Assembly: GCA_010093605.1 (NCBI GenBank)
Contig: MU004199.1
Span: 1,428,613-1,448,612 of the forward strand
DNA from: Lophium mytilinum
Taxonomy: Eukaryota
Reading direction: 5' to 3'
DNA length: 20,000 nucleotides
In this document: positions 11,528 to 20,000 of the stretch, piece after piece
Layout: the number at the start of each line of letters is the position of its first letter
How positions within the stretch are numbered: the stretch's first letter is position 1
The notes under the pieces: generated by a model
Seen by the model: the letters and a program-made list of their open reading frames with translations, nothing else
Databases searched by the model: none
What the model was told of the DNA's origin: nothing
Program-made: the position numbers and the translations under genes

Positions 11528-12754
11528 TATCTTTCCTCGTCAAGCCCACCATCTCATCCATGGCCTCAGGGCTGACGCTCTCCTTCGGCATTCGTGCCTG
11601 CCAACCTCGGACCCCGTCGCTCGCCGGCAAAGGCCAGCGAACGAAAGACCGTCAGATGGCCTTATCAGAGAGGTATGATCGTTGGTCTGCATACCACAAT
11701 GGATAGCTAATGCGGCGTGTCAGTTCAGGTATCTTCGTTCTAAGCCGTCGTGAATGTCGGTTAGGCTTCGGGAGATTTGACGGGATAACGGTACTTATTG
11801 GATCGCTTCAGCACGTAGTACTGGGCACATCAACTCCTAAGTCACAGGAGCATCAGCAGCGTTCAAAAGGAAATACGCATCACGAGGAACGGCGCTTTCC
11901 CATGTATGTGATCCGGGTATTTCGAGTATGCGTGGTGTCGGAGGTGCCGGAGAGAGTATCACGATCGGGCGTGTTTGCGAGTGGGTGGAGTAGAGGGCCC
12001 GTGAGCCGCAAGAGTAGTAGAGTGTGGATATAATCGCTTTCCTCTTCTTTCCGTGCCTAGAAATCAATATAGAAGTCTAGCCGACGTCGTGCGCCGGTTT
12101 GCGCTGCCGGAGACTTCGCTAGGCGACGTAGATAACGGCGGGTACGAGTACGCCATACGGAGACCTTGCTAGGTCCCGTGGCGTAGGCGACTAAGGGCCA
12201 GTTCGGTTGCGTCCTACGGTAGAGTATCTCGGTGAGTATATTACTTAATAATCCACCTACGCTGCCTTTCTACGCCCTATTCGGAACTATAGGTATATTT
12301 TAAAGCGTAGCTTCTAAAATATAGTTATTACTAGCCCGTATATTAGCCTACCTCTACCTATAAGCTAAAATATTATATTTCTTATTTAAAATTAGCTTCT
12401 ATAGTAGATTTTACTATATACTACTATTAAAATATAATTAATCTAGGCCTCTTTTCTAGCTATAAATCTAGTACGTGCCTAGAAGTTATATACTTACTAG
12501 AAATATTATTATTCTACTACTAGTATACTTTTAGATAGAATTATAAGTAGCTTTATACTTTAGCTTCTTATAGTATATTTTATAATATAATTCTACTTTT
12601 TATTCTATATATTTCTATATCTTACTATCTATAATACTATATACTATTTAAATATATAACTTTTTTTTCTATAGCTTTAATTACTTATTATAAAGTTATA
12701 CTAGACTATACTACTAGTAGCCTTAATACTATTACTTTAGTAGTATAGCTTTTT

Positions 12755-13065
12755 AGCTTAGTTATATAGCCTATAGATACTAATTTCTTTAAGATTTTAC
12801 TACTAGTCTATAGACTACTTAGTTAAAATAGTCTATAGACTACTTAGTTAATATAGTCTATAGACTACTTAGTTAATAAGTTTATAGGCTACTTATTAAT
12901 TAGCCTATAAATTAGCCTAGTTAAAATACCTAGTTTATAGCCTATAGATTAGCTTAGTCTATAGCCTATAGATTAGCTTAGTTAATTTACTTAGTATATA
13001 GCCTATAGATCTACTTAGTTATATATTTATAGGTATATTTAAATAGATCTATAAATTTACTTAGA
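12755..13065. repeat. Tandem/clustered repeat: three near-perfect 25-bp units (12804-12878) plus degenerate copies
   Basis: TAGTCTATAGACTACTTAGTTAA at 12804, 12829 and 12854, followed by variants such as TAGCCTATAGATTAGCTTAGT. Confidence 0.85.
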
Positions 13066-13423
13066 ATTACTAATAATAAGTAGCTACTTAAATTCTAGCT
13101 TTAAATAGTCTTACTATAAGCTATTATATACTTACTATATAAATACTTCTTTCTTTATATTATATAAATTTAATAGGCTATATAGACTTTTCTATATTAA
13201 TTACTATATACTAATTTAACTTAAAATCTAGAACTAGCTACTTTTACTTTCTTTTTCTTTTTTACTTTCTTATTTACCTTCTACTTATAATTTCTTTTAT
13301 AAAGCTATAAAAAATCTACTTCTATACTATTCTATATAGCTATTAATTACTAGTATAATCTATAGGTTAATAATTTCTCTATTATTTTATATAATATATA
13401 GATTATATATTATAGCTACTACT

Positions 13424-14156
13424 TATTATAAACTATCTATTTACCTAAAGATTATACTAAGAAACTTTAGAAGAAGAGTTTAGATAGTTAGATTTCTACT
13501 TACCTACTAGTTAACTATATTATAGGCTAATATATAATATAAAGTTTAAGTATAAATAGGTAGAATATTAAAAGAGAGGTGGCTTTAATAGTATTAGAAG
13601 TATATAAAAATAGTTAAGATACTTAAGTTATAATTAATTACTATTAAGTTCTATATGCTAGATATAAATATAAAAGTTAAGTATAAAAAATAAAAGATAA
13701 TAGAGAATTCTCTAGACTCTTATAGTTATTTAACCTTTATATAATTTAGTTCTACTTTCTCTATTCTCTCTAATCTCTATTCTTAATATAAGATTACTAA
13801 GATTATAGAAATTACTCTCTACTCTTTTTAATTTTACTCTTAGTATTTATACTAAGTAAGATCTAGAAGATTAGTTATATAACCTTATATTCTATAACTA
13901 CTACCTTTTCTAGTTATCTTTTTACTATTTTCTAAATACCTTTCTATATATAGATATAGCTAGAACTATATCTATTATACTATACTAGATCTTTTTAGAT
14001 TCTAGTATCTCTATTCTAGAACTATACTTATTCTAGAATATTTATTCTAGAATAGCCTATATTCTAGCATACTATTAGTTCTAGAATATTTATTTTAAAG
14101 TTATTCTACTTCTAGAATATCTATTCTAGAATAGCTTATATTCTAGGTTTATAATA
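13424..14156 (-). repeat. Putative 3' LTR of the chromovirus; right boundary well supported, left boundary tentative
   Basis: Starts immediately after the PPT as TATTATAAAC (RIPped TG... start) at 14156. It contains many TTCTAGAA(TA) subrepeats (~13960-14146) and a TATATAAAGG box (13742-13733). A 10-bp inverted match to the start (TATTATAAAC, plus strand) lies at 13424-13433. No second LTR in the window to confirm. Confidence 0.55.
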
Positions 14157-14168
14157 CTTACTCCCCCT
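14157..14168 (-). other. Polypurine tract of the LTR element
   Basis: Minus strand AGGGGGAGTAAG directly abuts the LTR start, downstream of pol. Confidence 0.75.
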
Positions 14169-14276
14169 ATAAGGCTTTTAGCCTAAAAGTTAATCTATAC
14201 TATTTTAGTTTTATATAAGGCTAGAAATACCCCTATACTCTTAAGATAGTATTCTCTACTCTTTCTTCTTCTTACT

Positions 14277-14858
14277 ATATCTAAGGTTAAAACCTTAACT
14301 ATCTATTATAAATATCTAGCCTTTAAGATTTATAATTATAATTATAATATACTAAACCTCTATAGAAACTATTAGTGCTTCTATTAGCGCTATCTAGTAG
14401 ATACTATATCTAGTTAGTACTCTAAGTATCTTAATTATAATCTAAAGTTCTATAATCTAGTAGTAACTAAGAAATACTAGACTTAAGTTAAGAAAGTAGA
14501 GGCTAAGCTCTAGACTTAGCTATTTACTATAGAGGCGGCTATACTTACTTATAAAGAGGTAGAGTAAGTAATACTTATATATAAAATTTATATTTAAAAG
14601 TAATTCTAGCTTCTTAAGTATTACTATAAGAAGATATTTAAGTAGAAGCTTACTTCTATTAAAAAGTTAGAGAATTTAGAAAAGGTAGAAAAGTTAGCTA
14701 CTATCTAATTCTCTAGATAGCTATTACCTAGGTTCTTTAATCTACTAGTAAATATTAATTAGGCTACTCTAGAGTCTCCCTCTATCTAGAATCTAGCGCT
14801 GCTAGATTTCTTTAGTAAAACTAGTTTACTAATTATTAGTAGTTTCTTAGGTTCTTAA
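14277..14858 (+). pseudogene. RIPped antisense accessory ORF of the retrotransposon (~193 codons): Zn2Cys6-like cluster, coiled coil, Ser/Pro/acidic tail
   Basis: In one plus frame, TAT/TAC codons (=TGT/TGC after RIP) at 14361, 14370, 14391, 14418, 14427 and 14451 give C-x2-C-x6-C-x8-C-x2-C-x7-C. The frame starts at ATA (=ATG) 14277 and ends at GGT TCT TAA 14858. Confidence 0.75.
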
Positions 14859-14964
14859 TAGGTTTCTAAGTATTTTAGTCTATTTTCTATTCTTTCTACT
14901 TAACTAAGTACTTCTACTAATTATTAATCTTCTATAGTTCTAAGATTTCTTTAATCTTATATTT
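14803..14964 (-). other. Chromodomain at the integrase C-terminus
   Basis: KYKIKEILEL*KINN**KYLVK*KE*KID*NT*KPIKNLRNY de-RIPs to EYEIEEIL...EYLVKWKGW...NTWEPIENL.NC, the canonical chromodomain pattern. Confidence 0.9.
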
Positions 14965-17914
14965 ATTCTCCTTTTTAAGTTATATAGCAGTTTAGAGTTT
15001 AGTATTTACTAGTACTAGTTTAAGTAGTAATATATAGAATACTAGGTAGATTTTTATATTTTTTAGTAGTTTTAGTTTATAGTTTATAGAACTAATAACT
15101 TTATTAACTTTAAATAGTTCTATTTAAATATAATTAAGTTTTTTACTAGGTCTTCTAGTTTTAAGGTTTTTTTAGTATAGGTAGACCTTATTTCCCTTCT
15201 TAAAAGTTAGTTTATTTAACTACTTCTTATCTATATATATCTAAGTTATCTTATTTCTAGCTTAAATACTTTAGTTAAGGTATATATATAAGTTTCTTAG
15301 TAATACTACTATTTCTATAACTATTTATATATTTATTATATCTTCTCTAGCCTTTTAATATATCTTTAGCTTATAGCTATAGTTTATATAGAATAGAAAC
15401 TTACTAGTTATAGCTAATTTAGCGCTATTATAGGTAAACTATACTATAGAAAGTAGTTCTATCTAGTTATTCTACTAATAGTTAATATAGTTTTATAGAT
15501 ACTATTTAAAAGTCTAGTTTATTTATTCTATCTATTTATCTATTTATAGGTAGAAACTTATTAAGAGCTTATAGTTTACCTCTAACCTTACTATAAGGGT
15601 CTTCTAGAAGTATAAAATAAAGAGTTTATCTCTATTAGTAATAAATTCCTTAAATAGCTAGTAGCTACTTAGTAGAATTTATAGTACTATATAAGCTAGC
15701 TTAGCTATACTATATATCTCTTATACTAGTATAAAGTATAAAAATTTAGTAAGTTAATTAATAAGTACTAAGATTAAGTTATAGCTTATATTAGTCTCTA
15801 GTTTTACTAATAGAGGTAACTTTATAATAAAGTCTATTATTACTAAATTCTATAGTTATTTAGAAACTCTTAGATTCTAAAGTAATCTATAGAGTATATA
15901 TTTTACTATTCTATTTTTTCTATAGTCTTTATAGTTCTTAATTACTTCTTTTACTATTATTCTTATCTAGGGAAACTAGTAGTTTCTTAAAAGTCTCTTT
16001 AGGGTTTTTTCTTATTCTTAGTATTTATATATTAGCGCGCTATAGTATTTCTTAGTAAGTTTCTTATAGTATACTTCTAGTACCTATAATATTCTCTTTA
16101 TTAGGTATATCTAGTTACTATCTTTATCTAAGATTATAGAAGTATTATATTAGAAGGCTTCTATATATCTATCTTCTTTCTAGAATTTATCTATCTAAGT
16201 ATTACTTATCTTAAGTATTACTACTAGTTTTAGATTATTATATTATAAGGTACTATCTATAGCTCTTATAAGTACTATATTATATACTAGTTTAGTATAA
16301 GGTATATAGTCTAATTAGCGGCTAAGCGCATTTATAGCTCTATTCTCTAATTCTTTCTAGTAATAGATTTTAAAGTTAAATAAGGCTAGTATCTCTATTT
16401 ATCTTACTTATTATCTACTTTAACTACTTTATAGTAGTAAAAACTATAAGGTTCTTATAGTTAAAGTAGACTATTATCTAGTATTTTAGTTCTTTAAGGT
16501 AGAATCTCTATTACTTAAATACTACTATAATTACTATTAACTTCTTATTATAGATATTATAGTTAAGTTCTTCTAAAGTAAGTTTTCTTAAATAGAATAC
16601 TACTAGTTAGTGTTTTCTATCTAGGTACTTTTAACTTAAGTAGGCGCCTATAGTATAGTTTAAGGCGTTTACCTTAACTATTATTTCTAGTTCTAGGTTA
16701 AATATTATTAGAATTAGAGTAGTAGTAAACTTCTTCTTAAGTTTATTAAATATAGTCTATATTTCTACCGTCTATTAAAATTCTTTATCTTTCTTAGTTA
16801 TCTCTATAAGGGGTGCGGTAGTTTTTAAATATTCTTAAATAAACTTTCTATAGAAGTTTATAAAACTAAGAAATAACTATATATTCTTTATATTTTATAA
16901 TATTAGCTATTCTAAGACTACTATAGTCTTTTTAGAGTTTATCTTAATTCTATTATAGAAGATAATAAAGCTAAGAAAGTCTATTATTATAATATAAAAC
17001 TTACTTTTATCTAGGTATACTAGAAGTCTAAATTCTTATAGCTTTATAAGTACTTTTTATATATATTTCTTATATTCTTTTAAGGTTCTATTAGTATATA
17101 CTAATATATTATCTAGATATATAGTTATAAATATATTAAGGTATTATTATAGCGCGTAGTAAATAAGCGCTTAAAGTATTACTAGAGCATTAGTTAAGCT
17201 AAAAAGTATTACTCTATACTTATAGAGTCTAAACCTTATTCTAAAGGCTATTTTTTATTCTTTACTAGGTATTATTCTAATATAGTAATATTCCTCTTAA
17301 ATATTAAGCTTAGTAAACTACTTAGCTTCTTATAAGTAGTCTTATAACTTCTAAATAAATAGTAATAGGTAGTAATTCTTAATTATTATATTATTTAGTC
17401 TTTAATAGTCTATATATAGTTATATTTTTCTATTCTTCTTAGATATAAAGAGAATTAGTAAGGCTATTAGGCTTTTACTTTTCTTAATATAGCTCTTAGC
17501 TAGGTTTATCTTAATATATTCTTATAGCGCCTTATACTAATTTTAAGATAATAAATAGATAGGTTCTAGAGTTAGCTTTACCTCTTTTTTAAGTAGTATT
17601 ATATAGTTCTATAGTTAGTTTTAAGGTAGCGTGTTCTTAATATTCTTTTTAAAAAGTTTCTTAAACTCTAAGTAGTTCTTTTATAGTATTTCTATAACTA
17701 CTTCTTTAATAGTAGCTATTTATTATAGCTAGATAATTTCTATATCTACTAGTTATTTATTATAGATTCTCTTAATCTTATATAGAGAGATTTATTCTAT
17801 AAAAAGTTCTTTCTTCTAGTTTTCTAGTTATTACTAAACTAATTATCTAATTCTAGCTACCCGGGCTGCTAGTCTTATTTCTCTCTTTTTCTAGTTAATT
17901 ACTAGATTATTTTA

Positions 17915-18693
17915 GGCTATAAGTATTTCTACACCCTTCTATTATATATTAATACCCCCTAATATTAGTAGATATATACCCTTCTTCTATTTAATCTTTT
18001 AATTAGTTTAGAGGGCTTAAATTACTACTATTTTATTATATATTCTTACTATTTCTAGTAGTCTATTAAGGCTATAGATAAGGCTATATATATAATCTAT
18101 ATATAAGACTATATATAAGGCTATATATAAGACTATATATAAGGCTATATATAAGGCTATATATAAAGCTATATATAAAACTATAGTTATAGTAAGGCTA
18201 TATAGTATACCTATTTTACTATATATACTTTCTATTTTCTATAGTATATATAGACTATTATATTACTATTTATATACCTATATACCTATAAGTATACTAA
18301 AATAGTTAAATTCTTACCTTATTATAGCCTCTCTATATTAAATCTAGCCCCCCTTATATTACTACTATACTCTACTAGCTATTCTTCTTATATAATACTA
18401 TTTAATATTAGAGCTCCTTATAAGAAAGCCGCGCTAGTACTATCTAAGGCTAAGAAGTAGGCTAAGACTAAGGCTAAGGCTTAGAATAGGTGCTTTTAAG
18501 TTACTATACTACCTTTTATAGTACTACTACTATTCTATAATACTTTTCTTTAAGCTAGATAGCTAGCTACTAGAGCTTTAAATAAAAGTCTAAGCTATTC
18601 TAGCTAATTAAAAGATTAGATAATAGGGATATATATCTACTAAAGTTAGAGGGTATTATTATATAATAGAAGGGTATAGAAATACTTATACCC
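17915..18693. mobile_element. Non-autonomous DNA transposon (779 bp) with ~100-bp imperfect TIRs and 8(-9)-bp TSD, Mutator- or Merlin-like, nested in the retrotransposon protease
   Basis: Left end GGCTATAAGTATTTCTACACCCTTCTATT... versus reverse complement of right end GGGTATAAGTATTTCTATACCCTTCTATT...: 58/64 identical, similarity continuing to ~18020/~18590. TTATTTTA(G) is duplicated at 17907 and 18694. Removal restores the protease frame. Confidence 0.92.
18067..18186 (+). repeat. 12-bp minisatellite (TAAGGCTATATA)n, about 10 copies, inside the TIR element
   Basis: Directly visible: ...taagactatata taaggctatata taagactatata taaggctatata taaggctatata taaagctatata taaaactata... Confidence 0.9.
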
Positions 18694-19084
18694 TTATTTT
18701 AGTAGAGCTAATTTTAACCTAGAATTATATCTAGCTCTTTAATATCTATAATATTTATATATAGTATCTCTATATAGCTAGCTACTAATAATATTATAGA
18801 TTAGATTTTAAGATTAATTACTTCTTCTCTATACTTTAGTAGTTAGTTATCTACTAGTTATACTTTCTTAGGTTTCTATTTCTTTTAGTAAGAAAGGCCT
18901 TTATTCTCTATCTATTTTAGTAATATAAAGCTCTAGAATACTCTACTATCTATTAATACTTTCTCTTTAAGTTTCTTATTAATTTTAAAGTTAATATATA
19001 AGTATAACCGGGGCTATATACTATATATATTTCTTAGAAATATTTTTACTATATTTTCTAGTAATTTCTTAGTCTAGTAGCCTA

Positions 19085-19385
19085 CTAGTTTTTTAAATCT
19101 ATTAGAATTCTAGGCTATAGGTCTATACTATAAATATAGTATCTAGCACCCTTAAAGTATTCTACTAAGTATAAGAGTAGATAGTACTAGTTCTTAGTAT
19201 TCTATTCTATTACTCTCTTTTCTTTTTAGTAGTGCCTATATCTATTTTTATACTATATTTAATAGAGTACTTAGTATTTATTACTTCTATAGTTATTCTT
19301 ATTACTAGACTTCTTATCTATAGAGGCGTCTATTAGTTCTACTATAGTCTCTTCTATCTAGTTAAGCTAGTTTCTAGTACTAATA
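19085..19385 (-). pseudogene. gag: 3' end of gag, ending at an A-AAA-AAC-TAG slippery site
   Basis: One frame de-RIPs to an acidic stretch followed by an H..LHW..C...C.HH..EK Cys/His motif, then TTA AAA AAC TAG (heptamer 19094-19088). The -1 frame runs directly into the protease. Confidence 0.7.
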
Positions 19386-20000
19386 TATAAATTAATTAGA
19401 ACGCGGGCCTATTCTAATTATTTTATTAGTAGGCGCACTAGTATATAGAGCCTATATTCTAATTACTATCTTTATAGAATTAGAACGCGCATTTCTTAAT
19501 AGAAGAAATAGATATAAATAATACTAAAGGTATAATTTATACTAGCGTATTAAATATACTATCTATATATAAAAAGAATAATAGATAATAGTTATAATTA
19601 ATAAAATAAGATATTAGTAAAAAAATATTAATAGAGTTATATTACGCACGGAACTATTAGAGTTTTATACTACTAATAACTATAACTACTAGAGAGATAT
19701 GCGCGTATAAATAATAAGAAGATACTTTATATTTAGCGCATTTTATATTATTATAAAATAGTAGAGTATAAAGTAATTATATATAGACTAAAGCTACTAT
19801 TAAGTGCATTACTTAATAGAGTTAGTAGCCTAGATACCTTATATACGCATCTATTAGTCTATAGTGCACTAAAATATATAAATCTTAAAATCTAGTAGCC
19901 GCCTTTACTATTTATAAATATAATATCTATATAGATATAGAGTAGAATTATTATAGTTAATATATATATTAAGATAATTATATTATATATATATTTATAA
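19386..20000. repeat. Unclassified RIP-degenerated sequence that appears to truncate or interrupt gag
   Basis: The gag-like reading is lost above ~19390. The segment begins with repeated and inverted AATTAGAA/TTCTAATT motifs (19393-19490) and retains more CG/GC words. No protein motif recognised. Confidence 0.4.

Larger units (their letters stand above)
14740..19094 (-). pseudogene. pol: pol pseudogene (PR-RT-RNase H-integrase-chromodomain), interrupted at 17915-18693; exact stop uncertain
   Basis: Largely collinear minus-strand reading with many RIP-derived TAA/TAG stops. Approximate domains: PR 18960-17890, RT 17530-16870, RH 16680-16310, IN 16050-15000, chromodomain 14964-14803. Confidence 0.92.
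13424..19385 (-). mobile_element. RIP-inactivated Ty3/Gypsy LTR retrotransposon, chromovirus type (gag 3' end, pol, PPT, 3' LTR); 5' part not seen
   Basis: Minus-strand domain order PR-RT-RH-IN-chromodomain. PR: VLIDSR (=ALIDSG) 18942-18959. RT: LYIDY*RLN, KNYYLLL, ILFSLTNAL, YLDNILVY (=YLDD, 17108-17119). RNase H: NALNY (=DASDY, DAS at 16661-16669) and INALSR (~16320). IN: HHCC near 16040-15920, IDFIIKLP, TNRDKLF, FYL*IDK*IE*IN* (=FHPQTDGQTERTNQ), GPF/HPVFHVSLL-like. Chromodomain follows. Confidence 0.95.
12250..20000. other. AT-rich, RIP-degenerated repeat block (heterochromatin-like isochore)
   Basis: Abrupt loss of G+C, near absence of CA/TG dinucleotides, large excess of TA/TAG/CTA, no ORFs in the track. 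TE protein motifs are recoverable only by reversing C>T/G>A changes. Confidence 0.95.

Noticed and set aside
12804..12878. Palindromic 25-bp repeats resembling a CRISPR array
   Set aside because: Units are head-to-tail with no unique spacers, there are no cas genes, and the context is eukaryotic with introns and RIP.
17918..18690. Reading the nested element as Tc1/mariner with a TA TSD
   Set aside because: Inverted similarity extends three bases further, an 8-9-bp direct duplication flanks it, and only that excision restores the protease motif.
12250..20000. AT-rich block as mitochondrial insertion, contamination or alternative genetic code
   Set aside because: The specific CA/TG depletion and the recoverable Gypsy domains are explained by RIP of nuclear repeats.

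Overview
Fungal (filamentous ascomycete, Pezizomycotina-type) genomic DNA in two sharply different compartments. Bases ~1-12,050 are GC-balanced and gene-rich with short GT-AG introns. They hold the 5' end of an F-box-like acidic protein (-), a hypothetical ORF (-), a secreted M28 leucine aminopeptidase (LAP1-type, +), an R3H-associated/R3H protein (+), cystathionine beta-synthase (+), a classical short-chain dehydrogenase (-) and a probable pseudogene fragment of an ISG12/IFI27-like membrane protein (-). From ~12,250 to the end the DNA is very AT-rich, TpA-rich and CpA/TpG-depleted, the signature of repeat-induced point mutation (RIP). The ORF track is empty there, but reading through RIP (C>T/G>A) by hand recovers a nested structure. 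A minus-strand Ty3/Gypsy chromovirus shows the gag end, a -1 slippery site, PR-RT-RH-IN-chromodomain, PPT and 3' LTR. It carries an antisense ORF with exact Zn2Cys6 cysteine spacing plus a coiled coil, and its protease is interrupted by a 779-bp TIR element (MULE/Merlin-like, 8-9 bp TSD). All de-RIPped protein sequences are manual reconstructions, not database results.
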